From Phoronis australis (Eukaryota > Animalia > Phoronida): a DNA stretch of 64,000 nt. The position numbers were made by a program, and so were the translations under genes. The stretch lies in the NCBI GenBank assembly GCA_002633005.1, contig NMRA01000446.1, forward strand, positions 274,334 to 338,333, given 5' to 3'. How positions within the stretch are numbered: the first letter of the stretch is position 1; the number at the start of each line of letters is the position of its first letter. Shown here piece after piece: positions 1 to 11,650 of this stretch. Under the pieces are notes generated by a model, which ran no database searches, had not been told where the DNA came from, and saw only the letters and a list, made by a program, of their open reading frames with translations.

Positions 1-498
1 TTGTCGACCCGGGTGTCCCTAGTTCTAGTACCCAGGACAGCCCCGGCGGCTCTGTTTTGGATTACTTGGACTTTGCTGACAAGTGTGTCACTGGTATGTC
101 CCCAAACCGATAAACAATAATCAATATGAGGCTGAAAAATAATGTTAAAGTATCCTAAGAGTGCTGACATTAAGAAATTTACCTACCAATTTTCTTTGAT
201 AATTTCTTTGTGATGTGATCTATGTGCATAAAAAAATTTAAAGATTGGGATCTAAAATAAGGCCCAAGTACTTAAACTTGTCAACACTCTCGATAGGAGA
301 ACCGTTGATGGAAAGGGACAGTTTCTGTTGTTTTAATTTATGGTGGGTTCCCAACAGCATGGACTTGGTTTTACTAACGTTAAGTGTGAGCTTATTTTGA
401 ACCAGCCAGTCATGGATAAAAGCTAGGTAGCTCGTCGTTGAGAGAAGTTTCAAGTTCTTTTACTGATCCAGCTGTGGACATAATTGCAGTGTCATCAT

Positions 499-660
499 CA
501 TGGGCGCACCCCAGTCCACAAAGCCCACAGGAATGCACGATTGGCAGGCCTGAACCTAGTCGCCCCGTTTTTTTTAGTCCTCGTTGATTTTTTTTTCAGT
601 AAAAGGTCCGCGTATCGAAGAATTCGAGCCCCCCTATATTTTGGGCTGGGTACGCGCATG
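499..660. mobile_element. MITE (CATGGGCG-type termini) inserted in the RT YADD codons
   Basis: Termini CATGGGCGCACCC / GGGTACGCGCATG; flanks atcat / atcag (5-bp TSD, 1 mismatch). A related right end lies at ~4225-4306. Confidence 0.75.
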
Positions 661-719
661 ATCAGCATATAAAACCGGGATACTGTTGCGGAAGAAGTAA
701 GTAGATCGTTAACAAATAT

Positions 720-871
720 AGTGAATAATAGAGGGTCCAGAATGGTACCCTGGGGTACGCCCGTGATAATATAGTGAATAATAGAGGGTCCAGAATGGTA
801 CCCTGGGGTACGCCCAGTTGTCCGTGAGAGTGAATAATAGAGGGTCCAGAATGGAACCCTCGGGTACGCCC
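720..871. repeat. Triplication of the ~43-bp GVPQG-encoding RT segment
   Basis: agtgaataatagagggtccagaatggtaccctggggtacgccc occurs three times, at ~720, ~773 and ~829. Confidence 0.9.
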
Positions 872-2524
872 GTGATAACGGTTGAGTAGTCAGAAAGAAT
901 ACCACCGTATTTGGTGGCCTGTTTGCTATTTTACTTTTGTCCGAAACAACATCGTCACCAATTAGTAATTCATTTGCGACAGACTTGGACTTGTTAAGTA
1001 AAATTGATTTTATGATTTTCCAGAGAGTTTTCCCGTTAGATTTGTTTTCATTAATAACTTGGCCTTAGCCCATTTGCGACACTAGTAACCATTGGAAATT
1101 GGCATATTTTCCAAATTGCTACCGACGATTTACGTTATTAGGCTGATGGTAATTAAGGGAATCTCAACAATTCGTTCTACACGAAACTGTTCGTGGAACA
1201 ACGTTTCTTGCGAGACGAAATTCACGAAATCGCGCGAATGAAAAGCGGGGATTTCGCGAGTATGCGCGAGAGCTTTAACTAGCCTATCCTGGCAAAATGG
1301 CTACCTTTGAAGTGATACACGAGTCCACGGTTTCAAGTTATGCATGCACCGTGCGTATGCAATCGCGTGTTGGAAAACTAGATGGAGTATGCAAGCCGAA
1401 TTTCACACTGTGTTCCATAGGGACCCGAAAATAAAAAGACCTAATAGAACAAGTGAATGTCGAAAACAGCGCTTAATAATACGTTTATGCCATCGGTGCG
1501 CGAATACTGGCAGACTGTTTAAAAACCAGGTTATCCGCGAGCTTTTACACCTCTCATTTCATCTTTCCTGGTCAAGCACTTTAAATTCGAAAAGCCACCG
1601 GGATTTAAAGTTGTACATTTCTTGTTGAAATAGGTTTCAGTTCTGCCCTAGTATGTTATTTTTTATCAAGAAGGGTCATTGTATGCTGTCTTCTTCACCA
1701 ATTACATGCTCAAAAACTGAGGACGTTCACAAGGTCATGTTCATTGTGAATGATGAAAAAAAAATTAATTTTATACTGGGGGAAATCTTCAGTTTTCTAG
1801 TTCTGTTGATATCCAAGATTAGCGAATAGTTTTAGAACTTTTAAGAGTCGTACGCGAAGTTGTTTTCCATTTAACCCATTCTACACACTGCTGCGTTTTT
1901 GTCATCTTTTGAAATATGTTCCAGATAGGAAAATTTAGTCCTTTTTGAACACTCAAGTTGACCTATCCAGGCTTCTAAAGCTACATTCTATTGACCCCAA
2001 CCGGTCAACCACTACTGTAAAATAAAGACATTCTCATTAACATAGCAACAAATTAATTAACTCCAATTTTGGGAACAGAGGCATTTTTTCTGTTTTATTC
2101 AGAACGTTCTCGTCATCCACAGTTCCCCACAGGTGATTGTCTCAATGTTCACAGAGAGGCTAGTAGGCTACCGGTGTTTTCATGCCCAAAGTCTACCTGC
2201 CTTTACGCTCTTCCACTCCGATCAAAATTCATGCGCCCCATGCTCAATATTTTCCATGCCCTCCCCGGCTCGGTTTTAACTGATTCCTTCATAATTTGGA
2301 TATTATTCCTGTACTGGCATGTCACTAAGAAATAATGGAATGTTCTAAATTTATGTATGAGAGCGTATCAGAATGGATTACAGCGTTGTGCTAGTGCTTG
2401 GGGTGCTAGTTTGTTGACCGACAACCATTGCAGCGAATGACAAGATGGCGGAGTGAACACTGCTATTGTACTACACTCCTTGGTTACACTAAGAAGAAAT
2501 GTATGCTAGAGTTGAAGTACCAAC

Positions 2525-2729
2525 CTCGTCGTTCACGCGTTTTCTTGTAAATCTCGCAGACAATTCTCGTATATGAGAGCACGATGATCACCAGGGGAAC
2601 GCCGTACACGGTTAGTAAGTTGAACACATTGTAGACCATCTCGTGCGTGACTGACGGGAAAAAGTTGAAGGTGACGCATTGCTTGTACCAATTGTGAACT
2701 GGGTGACTTTCAACGTGGAAAATAATACT
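2525..2729 (-). CDS. GnRH/AKH-type GPCR, third coding exon (ECL2, TM5, start of ICL3)
   Basis: Acceptor tctgttttcag|, 205 nt, donor G|GTTGGT (phase 1). Translates SIIFHVESHPVHNWYKQCVTFNFFPSVTHEMVYNVFNLLTVYGVPLVIIVLSYTRIVCEIYKKTRERR. IFHVE.HP....QCVTF is typical of AKH/ACP/GnRH-type receptors. Confidence 0.93.
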
Positions 2730-2973
2730 CTGAAAACAGACAGAAGTTGCTTATATCAAGCCATGTCTACACACTCACTTTGTCGCATACAATGTCGCAT
2801 ACGACAATCGGACCGTGAAGAATGTTGTCCACTGTAGTAAACGACTTTGAGAAGAATTAAAAATAGGAGCTTGGGTAACGCAATTTCGTTCGGTAGATCA
2901 CACTTTTGCTTTGCGGTTTTAATACTGAATATCCTTCAGTGAAAGTGCGTACTCTCTACGGTAGTTGGTCAAG

Positions 2974-3095
2974 AGGAGGCAGTGTGGCCTATTGGGCCGT
3001 ATTGGGATATGTGTCCGTTTCCTTTACTCAAGATCGTCGTTCCCACTGGGGCACACTGCTAGACCTTTGAGTCAGGTATCTAGCTTCTCAGCTAG
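2974..3095 (+). mobile_element. Possible degenerate tRNA-derived SINE (CORE-like)
   Basis: ggaggcagtgtggcctattgg resembles an A-box head; ctgctagacctttgagtcaggtatctagcttctc resembles the CORE motif. The B-box is poor. Confidence 0.3.
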
Positions 3096-3589
3096 GTTTT
3101 AACTATATATTCACAAAGCATTAAACTGGTTCCATGTGACCAGTACAATAGGCATAGTTCATGTCTGGTACAACGTGTATGGGTCCACCTGCAATTATTT
3201 TTTGTGTACGGTTGTTGGACTGGTTTCAATTTTTCATAGACAACATAGCAACATTGACACTTTTAAACGCAACTTTACAAGGAGCAACGAAAATATCGAA
3301 AAAAAAAACATCAAAAACAAGCAAATACAATGAAGCAGTCGATTTTACAAGCAAGTTGCTAATGAAAGAAAAAGTCATATGTTCTATTTTGGCTTCCTAT
3401 GACGTAAAGAAACGGTCATAATTACTACTGTTATCTAACATGAGCACATTCATAAATTAAGCGCAATTAAGTCACGATTGTTTGAAATGGCGATCGCAAT
3501 TTTCTGTCGTAATTAAGGTCTTGGCCGCCATGAGGGAGGGGAGAGTACGTGCTAGACAATAATTTGCTGCGTCAGGGTGAAACCGTGGC

Positions 3590-5650
3590 GATCGGCGTAG
3601 TAAAGGGGTAGTCGAGAAAAGAACGAGAGCAAAGCGGAGCGTTGAAATGCGCCCAGGAATGCCCCGCAAACGATGCGCTTCTAGGGGTGTTCATGTGTCT
3701 CATGAAAATGGCCATTATAGAAGGCGCAAAATACGTCGAATCTATCCGAAAACGGGAACATGTCAACGATTCTTTAACAAGGGCAACGCAGAGCGTTGAA
3801 ATGCGCCCACGAATGCACCGCAAACGGTGTGCTTCTAGGGGTGTTTATTTGTAACATAAAAATGACCACTAGATGACGAAAAATACGTCAAATCCTTCCG
3901 AAAACTGGTACGTATCATCAAAGCTGTTTACCAAATTTAATTAAAATCCGTCAAGGAACTTCTGAGAAACCGAGGAAAACGAAAAAAGAAAAACGAAATT
4001 GCCACTAGGAGGCTACAGGCGCAAAAACCTTTCTGCCAATAAGGGGCACCACAGTAGAGGAAGTCGCCGAAAAATGATCATCAGACTTCCTCTTCAAATT
4101 AGGAATATGTGAATTTCCATAACCATCCTTAAAATGGTTCGGTTAACAGAGGAGCACACATCAAACAACAAGACTCGAAAACAGCAAAAATGGACACTGT
4201 TATCTTGGACTTTATGTCACTCGGAGACGGACCTTTTTTACCTACTTTGTCAAATGGGGGGGGGGGGGCTCATTCGAGCCCCAGAGCCCCCCTGGGTGCG
4301 CGCATGCTCAATAATAGATGTTTGTTTGCCAATTTATGAAAATCCCTGCGTTGAGTGAGGTACATTGCCACTAGGGGACACACCTGTAGACCGATCCATC
4401 CAAAAGACGTCGTTGATTGTTGTCAAGCTAATATAAATATACTTGCTAAATTTAATAAAGATCCTGAAGAGGGTTTCGGAGATACAGCCATGGGCGTAAA
4501 ACTGCCACTAGGAGGCGCCACAGTTATCGAGGTCGTCGGAAAAGCGTCGTCAGCCCTCCTCTTCGCTTTACGAACATACATGCCAATTTCCACAATCATA
4601 CTTAGAGTGGTTTGGTTGACAGAGAGGCAAGTACCATAAAACAGACTCGAAGACAGTAAAAATGGCCACTGGGTTTGACGACGGACGCCTGACGCCCGGA
4701 CGAGGGACAGATATGACGGCAATATGCGACCACATATAAATATATAGGCGCATAATAAAAAGTTATTTACCAAATTGCATAAAAATCCGGCAAGGAACTT
4801 AATAAGAGAAACAGAGGAAAACGGAAAAATAAATTACCACTAGGGGGCTCAGCGTTTGTCGGATCCGTCTTAAAAGTCATCGTCGTCCGTTGTCAACTTC
4901 ATATCAATACACTTGCTAAAATTAAGTAAAAATCCTGCAGTGGGTTTTTAGAGATACAGGTATAGGCCTAAAAAACAAAAGTGCCACTAGGAGGCGCTGC
5001 AGTAGTGGAAGTCGTCGGAAAATCACCGTCAACCGTCCTCTTTACACTAAACACAATACATGTATGCCAATTTTCGCAATCACCCTTTGAGTGGTTTGGT
5101 TGATAGAGGGGCGGACGCCAAAAACAGATTAGAAAACAGTAAAAATGGCCATTCGATGGCGCAAATTACGCCTAATCCATCCGAAAATAGGAACATGTCA
5201 TCGTTTCTTTAATAACAAGGCTATTTATTAAATTTCATAAAAATCCGCCAATTAACTTAAGGAAACAGAAGAAAACGGAAAAAATGAAATTGCAACTGGG
5301 GGGNNGGGGGCACAGCGTTCGTCGGATCCGTCTGAAAGTCATTGTCGTTCGCTGTGAACTTCATATGAATATACTTGCTAAATTTAAAAATAATCCTGCA
5401 GCAGTGGGTTTAGGAGATACAGCTATGGGCGCAAAAATGCCATTAGCAAGATCCACCGTAGTCGAAGTTGTCGAAAAGTCATCGTCAACCGTCCTCTTTA
5501 CACTATAAGAACATACATGCTAATTTTTAATATCATCTTTAGAGCGGTTTGTTCAATAGAGGGGTGGACGCCAAACAGACTCGAAAACAGTAAACATGAC
5601 CTCTGGGTGGTGCAAAATACCATTAATCCACCCGAAAACGGGAGGATAGC
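3590..5650. repeat. Complex array of diverged ~150-bp subunits, possibly a Helentron-associated (HINE-like) element; inverted relative at ~58830-59540
   Basis: Recurrent gccactaggaggc (~4001, 4504, 4983), aaaatccg.caag.aactt (~3943, 4782, 5240) and gttgaaatgcgccc (3641, 3795). A gacg/gaca run plus short hairpin and A-tract at 4675-4762. ccctagtggcaattt at ~58938. Confidence 0.6.
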
Positions 5651-6604
5651 GTGACCTTACTAATTGATGCCCATGTGTTACTTTGTTTGGTTTTTTAATT
5701 CTCATTTTGGTTCTTTTTATACAAACTCGATTATTTATTGCCCAAAATTTATCTGTAATGTTCTTTGCATATGACGAAAGGTATTGCATGCAAAGGTTCA
5801 CCACTCTGAAGGTTCACTATTCCGAAGGTTCACTAGTCCTGAAAGATCTACAGTTTCGGTCTTGGGTGTATCAGATATACGTTTACCTGCAAAAATAAAC
5901 GACACTTCGGTTATTAGATGCACTAGGTGGTGTACCTATGCTTAAACATCGCCCGGATTTTATGTGTATGCGAAACTGTCCGCATGTCTTTTGAATACGA
6001 AAAATGAGTGCGTACTTGAATTTTTAAAAGAATATGAAGAAGGAATATTTATGAATTGTCAGACCAAAATACATTCATCAAATCCATGTCAAGGTCCCAT
6101 CATTTCACAGCGTGACTGAGCAAGTTTAGGGCCGCTGCGCCTCAACATCACCCATCGGAATCACGCTCATGGCCGGGTCGAAACTAAATGTAATAAGTAG
6201 GCTAACCTGTCCGTGCCAGTCTCAACGAAGTCGGAGAATCCCATTCAGTCTTCTTAAATTTAAAACCGCCGCTAGTGGTCGCTGCAGTCCTGACCCGATG
6301 CGTCCCTGCTTGAGACTAAATGAGTCGCTGGATTCAGGAATCACGATTCGCGGTGATTGGAACTGAGCTCATTTGTAAACAACATAGTCAAAGTTTTAAG
6401 AACTATCCAGCTTTTGCACGCCCTTTATATAGTTACTAAATGGACACAAATACAATAAATTTCTCATATCGGTTCCGAATCATTAGCAGACAATCAGGGT
6501 AATGAACTGTCGGAGTTCTGGTTTCGGAATTGTGGAGATTACTTTTTCCTAATAATATGAACATGCTCGTCGGGGTTTTCTTAGTGCAAGAAAATACGGT
6601 AGTT

Positions 6605-6677
6605 CGTGGGCGGCGCAGCACTGAAAAAAGTGGGAGGTTAAAGCCCCCCCCCAAACTCCTATGGTGCGCCGCCCATG
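6605..6677. mobile_element. 73-bp MITE, CATGGGCGGCGCA TIR family
   Basis: cgtgggcggcgcagca...tggtgcgccgcccatg; flanks tagtt/tactt. Related copies at 21204-21273 and 53596-53746. Confidence 0.75.
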
Positions 6678-7382
6678 TACTTAAACGTCTGATTTTTGAA
6701 CAAAGACGGAGAACTGCCTGTAGTGAACTTAATTATCATCGGAGCACACACGTGTACACGCATGCATGGCATCCACCAATACACAACCAAAAGGCAAATT
6801 TGAAAGTGTCTGTACTTTACCGTACTCTGTCACGGCACTACTTTTTGGGAGCTCTCTCGCTGCTATACAGCCTAGCTAGGTTTTCGCATTCACTTCTAGA
6901 CTCCCTCGTTACCGTATGCTGTAGCCACCACGCGCGTTCAATGCCGACGAATAACATAAAGCCTTCTCTAATCGTCTGCACGATCCTACCATCAAACACA
7001 ATTAGGGCGAAGTTGACCGGGTACGGCCCGATAATTGCGTGAAGTAAATTCAAAATTATTACTAACTTATTTATCAGTGTAGTTAGTAGTACCAGAAGCT
7101 GCAACAATTTTGTTTTTGTTGTCCATCTATATTCCATATTTAACGGATAAGTTGGGGCTGGACCTTTTCCGCGAAGGGAAAGGGGGGGGGGAGGGGGGTC
7201 GATCGAACCCCCCTGGCTACGGGTCTGAATTTAAACTTTCTTCGAATACGGATTGTGTAATGGTTATGGGATAGGTACTGCTTGGTTCCTTATAACTTCT
7301 TCTATTAATAAGTGTTCAAAACGTGTGCTACTAGGAATTTAACACACTCAAAATGAAGAAATTGTACCCCGCTCGTACTTAC

Positions 7383-7488
7383 CTGCGGAATACTGACGAC
7401 GACACTGAGGAACCAGGAGAAACCCAACATGATCTTTCCACGCATGGCTGCACCATTCAAACTGAGCGGGTGGACGATTGCAAAATAC
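7383..7488 (-). CDS. GnRH/AKH-type GPCR, second coding exon (DRY end, ICL2, TM4)
   Basis: Acceptor cttgtag|G, 106 nt, donor CAG|GTAAGT. Translates (R)YFAIVHPLSLNGAAMRGKIMLGFSWFLSVVVSIPQ and completes DRY in phase with the previous exon. Not in the ORF track. Confidence 0.95.
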
Positions 7489-7772
7489 CTACAAGTGGAA
7501 TTTAATTGTTTTAGAAATCAACAGGGAAATCTGTATGATTTCAACCTTTCTGAAGAAGAGGCTGTATCGCGTAAATATCATCTGAAATAACCAGTAATCT
7601 GTTTAAAGAAAGTGAAAAGTTATTGCTTTGATTCGTGTTTTGAGGTGGAAACTTTTGTGCTGGTTCTTGAAAACCAATTGAACATGATAATGCGAGCGAC
7701 CTAAAAGAGTTCACTGATTAGTTTACTGGAAGATTGACTGCCACCCACTTGATTTATTCGAATTTAAATTTG

Positions 7773-7812
7773 ACTAGCTGTTACCCGTGCTTTCGCACGG
7801 GTAGCCGCTAGT
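7773..7812. repeat. 40-bp palindrome resembling a Helitron 3' terminus (hairpin plus CTAG-T)
   Basis: actagctgttacccgtgc-tttc-gcacgggtagccgctagt: perfect 9-bp inner stem, ~18-bp outer stem. Confidence 0.6.
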
Positions 7813-8696
7813 GTATAAGAAATGCCGATGGGAAATAGCTACACCATCAAGTGAATATAAGTGTTCCTCGCAAGAGACAGGAATATTTTTTGAAGAGATC
7901 GTTTTATTTTAAAGCTTCAACCATAATTTCTGTCAGATTTAGGCAGGGAGGGGGGCTCGAATTCCCGACGTTGTGGACCATTTGCTAACAAAAGAGCGGG
8001 CGGACTAAAAAAAGAACTTGTGTCCCATTTTCTCGGACTTTTTGTCTCTCGAAAGCGGAACTTTTTGCCTACTTCGCCAATTGGGGGGTGTCAAGGTGAG
8101 GTGGGAAACCATTCGGTTGAACCGTTCAATGGAGCTCATTCAATTCACGTTGTTATCATGGTTGACGAGGGACACTAACTTGTGGTTCTAAAAATCGAAA
8201 CAAAGCGTTCCCCCGCCAAGACATGAACTAAAGCGATTGCCTTTCAAAGATGGCGCTTCTTGGGGTTTAAAGCTTATTAATGCCGGAAAGATTCATGTTT
8301 ACGCTCACACTTTTCTGATTTTATAAGGAAACTATGAAGTTGAATGGGTTGGATTTGAAAACAGAAGGCGACACCCGTGAAGGATATTGCCACAGTTTTG
8401 CAGAATTTTGTTCGAAGACTGCTCATAAAGGTGCAGAAATTATGCAGTTTTGTGATGGGTTATTGATGAAGGTGCACTGTCACCGAGCGTTGTCTTCGTT
8501 ATCATAAATGTGTGCATGTATCGTAACGCCAAGCACCACACGAGAACTGAGACAAGGACATCTAATTAAACATTACATTAGTGATGTTTTACGGATGCGA
8601 ATGTCGCAATTTTAGGCCATGGAAATGTTATACTGACTTTCCCCACAATTTAGCCTCCAACTGTTTAATTTCCGCTAAGACGAAGTGTTGTAATAA

Positions 8697-8800
8697 ATGC
8701 TGATGAAAACGTAATGTATTTCCCATGGGACCAAGCGACTAAAACGCTATCTATTTGGGCCGCTTAGTCCCATGGGAAATTCGTGACTTTTTATCAGTAT
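8697..8800. repeat. ~104-bp foldback (MITE-like hairpin) in GPCR intron
   Basis: Arms atgctgatgaaaacgtaatgtatttcccatgggaccaagcgactaaa and the reverse complement of tttgggccgcttagtcccatgggaaattcgtgactttttatcagtat, with a ~10-nt loop. Confidence 0.8.
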
Positions 8801-9674
8801 ATACACATATACATATACATATACATGTACATATATGTATGTATATATAAGTTGCATTGAAAAGTGAGCTGTTCTTTGCTTTAATTATTTGTACAACAAA
8901 CTTTCGTAGTGTCTACACAAGTGTCTTTCATCGGATGGTAGTTGATATAATAGATCGCCCAGTGTAAGTGGCATCACGAACACATATATGAGTAAATATA
9001 TAATAAAACTCTGTACAAAACATATCATAATAAAACAGTAGCGGTACTTCGGCTATACATCAGTCATCATATATATATGCAATATAATTTTCCTCCGTTC
9101 TTGTAATTACCACTGAGTCGTCACATGACAAAAATGATGTGATTAGATTGCAATAGTTACAGTTGCATTTATCCATACACTAGGCCTGTTTCTAAACAGA
9201 GCTGGGGTGCTGACAAGGAAAATGTGTTTCTAAATTTTTGAGAATTTGAAATTAGAAGAAATTCTAGGTAAGGAGCAAATTATAATTGGATTTATTGAAA
9301 GAAACTATAGTAACAATTAAGTTCTATTTGGTAAGCGCATACACGTAGTACAATAAAATGCTTAGCAGTGTTATATTTCGCGTCTTTTTACGTCACTTAG
9401 GCATCGAGTCTGCTATCTTGTGCAAACAGGCATTGACCTGACCTCGAGTCGCCTTGGGTGCGCACACACAACGCCACTGTGCTTTCCCTTCGTTTGAAGT
9501 GAAATTGGTTAAAAAAATCCCCCTAAATTCCCCTGACGGCAACAGAAACTATTACCGTTCTGGCCTTAATCAAAAGTCGTTCATTGAGAAAAAGCGTGTG
9601 CTCATTACCCATTTAACTATTTCAATTTCCATGGAAGACCTACGTAGTGTCTAGCTTAATTTACATGTACCTAC

Positions 9675-10186
9675 CTGTCGAGCGATATGGTCACCAAAAT
9701 GAAGGACGACAGGTAGAACCCAAAGGCACGAAAGAACATCAGGATCCTGCACGCAAAATCACCGGCTGTCCACTGGACTGTCATGTGCCAGCCAGTCTCT
9801 AATGGTACCATTACAAATGTCACGATTAGGTCGGCAACACTTAGATTCATGATGAATAGATTCACTCGGGATTTTCTTTGGCGGTTTCTGAATAATGTGA
9901 TGAAAACTGTCAAATTCCCAATGGCTGAGATTATGAATATACACGTATAAGCGATAACGGAAACAACGTTGCCCTCTGTGAAAGTCATTTCCGGAGGTAG
10001 GGCTACAATCGGTGCCTCGGCCATTGTGTCCACACACAAAGTCCGCGTGTCATTTGGTAGCGAGTAAGTGGTCCCGTTGGCGCAAAAATCAGGCGGCAGC
10101 ATGGTGCCTGGCACAGCCACACTAGGCAATAGCTTTTGCATCTCTTCATTCCCCATAAGCGCAAACGGCGAGTCGACCTCGCTCAT
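9675..10186 (-). CDS. GnRH/AKH(ACP)-type rhodopsin-family GPCR, first coding exon (N-terminus, TM1-TM3)
   Basis: ORF MSEVDSP...IGNLTV (TM1 GN), NLSVADLIVTF (TM2), W..GDFACR (ECL1/TM3 Cys), FRAFGFYLSSFILVTISLDR. In-frame TAA lies upstream of the ATG. The exon ends CGACAG|GTAGGT, a phase-2 donor inside the Arg of DRY. Confidence 0.95.
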
Positions 10187-10275
10187 AATGTTAAAGTTAT
10201 AATGCTCACTGTCTTTGAATAAACATCCTTTTTATGTCAAAAGTGCCACCAGAAGATCTGAAATAAACAACAAAT
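10187..10275 (-). promoter_or_regulatory. 5' UTR part of the first coding exon with upstream splice acceptor; contains a 6-codon uORF (10226-10206, MFIQRQ*)
   Basis: Minus strand reads ttgttgtttatttcag|ATC at 10258/10257, then ATG TTT ATT CAA AGA CAG TGA ending 19 nt before the main ATG. Confidence 0.6.
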
Positions 10276-10637
10276 TGCTCATTGAAGGTCTGCCATTACA
10301 TTTTCAACACTCATGGACAAAGGAGATGCTTGTCGCACGAACGTATCTTTCAGAATGACGACCAAACGCGTTGCACCCCTGTAATACATACCGCCACGTC
10401 ACCCACCTTGCTCAGTTGCCATGGCAACTCGCAGTGCGCTAAGCCTTCATTTTGCTCAACAAGTGGCATTAAACGTCACGAAATCTTGCACAACACTGCA
10501 TGACACGTGTACGAAACCGGTACATTCGTTTCTAACTAGGGCGGATTTACATGGGACGCAGAAGGCGAAGGGTCCATGGCCCCGTAAAAAATCTTTGGGC
10601 TGAAGTTGTCTGAGTTAAGATGTACCAAATCAGCAGA

Positions 10638-10638
10638 T

Positions 10639-10699
<61 letters not shown>

Positions 10700-10766
10700 C
10701 GTTCGTGATTTTGTGTGTGTTAGTGTGTTTGTGTGTGTGTGTATGTGTGCGTTCGTGATTTTGTGT

Positions 10767-10809
<43 letters not shown>

Positions 10810-10826
10810 CGTGTGCGTATGCATGT
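10638..10826. repeat. Compound (TG)n microsatellite
   Basis: Long TG runs with two gcgttcgtgatttt interruptions. Confidence 0.97.
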
Positions 10827-11474
10827 GATCAATTCCGGTAGATTACAAGTCAGGCAAGCCGGTCGACCAGTGAGGGTGTCAACTAGGATTCTACTCAGGA
10901 GAAATATAGTCTCTCGAGATTAGACTGTGCGATTTTGATAAGGAAAAGAATATTTGTTCAGTGTACACGCTGATCGCTTTTGCAGTATTAAAGGCATGCG
11001 TCACTCGATTGAAATGTTTCTTTTAGTCATTTTAATCAGTTTGACTCCTTCTCACCTCGTAATGTGCCCAACTCACCAGAGGTGTCGCTCTAGTTTGTGA
11101 GAAAGACGAGGGCACAACGTGATAACGTTTACGCTCCGGCATCCTGTGATGAGTGTGCTGCCTATAAATAAACGTCAAAGCAGCCTGGCTAATTTGTAGT
11201 CAGGCCTGTACTGATTTTTTGTAGCGTTCGTGATTGCACGTGTTCAGAATCTCACGAATAAATTATAATGCGTTTCAAGTTTTTTGAAGCAACACATTAT
11301 TGAAGCTGGTCGGATCCCGTGGCGGCCTTAGTGAGTGGCAATAACCAATTGCAAGTTATTTCAGAGCTGGGGAAAGAGAAGCAATGAGGTTTCATTAATA
11401 TTCCAACATAGGCCTACCACTCATTAAGCGTTCGAAAAACCTTTGCCCTGTCGGATTTCGTGAAACGGGAAATC

Positions 11475-11650
11475 TGTCCGTCACGTAATCATGATACACA
11501 AAGCTGTCCGTCACATACTTGTGATCATGATACACAAGGCTGTCCGACACATAATTGTGATCATGATACACAAGGCTGTCCGTCACATAATTGTGATCAT
11601 GATACACAAAGCTGTCGCGTCACATAATTGTGATCATGATACACAAAGCA
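11475..11650. repeat. 36-bp minisatellite, ~4.5 copies
   Basis: Unit atgatacacaa(a/g)gctgtccgtcacataattgtgatc. Confidence 0.92.

Larger units (their letters stand above)
1..1150 (-). mobile_element. Decayed CR1/L2-group (Crack/Daphne-like) LINE reverse-transcriptase fragment inside the GPCR intron
   Basis: Minus-strand motifs GVPQGTILDPLLFTIFVNDL, YAD/DT, LTLNVSKTKSMLLG, FKYLGLILDPNL and QPHIDYCLSVWG...VQVIQNRAA. Frameshifted and internally deleted; runs off the left edge. Confidence 0.88.

Noticed and set aside
6530-7042. 170-aa plus-strand ORF
   Set aside because: Starts at TTG, runs through a MITE, has no recognisable domain and lies antisense in a GPCR intron.
9671-9674. TAG stop after DR suggesting a truncated GPCR pseudogene
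   Set aside because: The stop lies within the intron (AG|GTAG); the next exon restores DRY in frame.
10536-10841. His/Thr- and Cys/Val-rich ORFs
   Set aside because: Translations of the (TG)n microsatellite; the same applies to ORFs at 16750-17296 and 19148-19689.
11475-11650. 36-bp repeats as a CRISPR array
   Set aside because: Units are contiguous with no unique spacers, there are no cas genes, and the context is eukaryotic.
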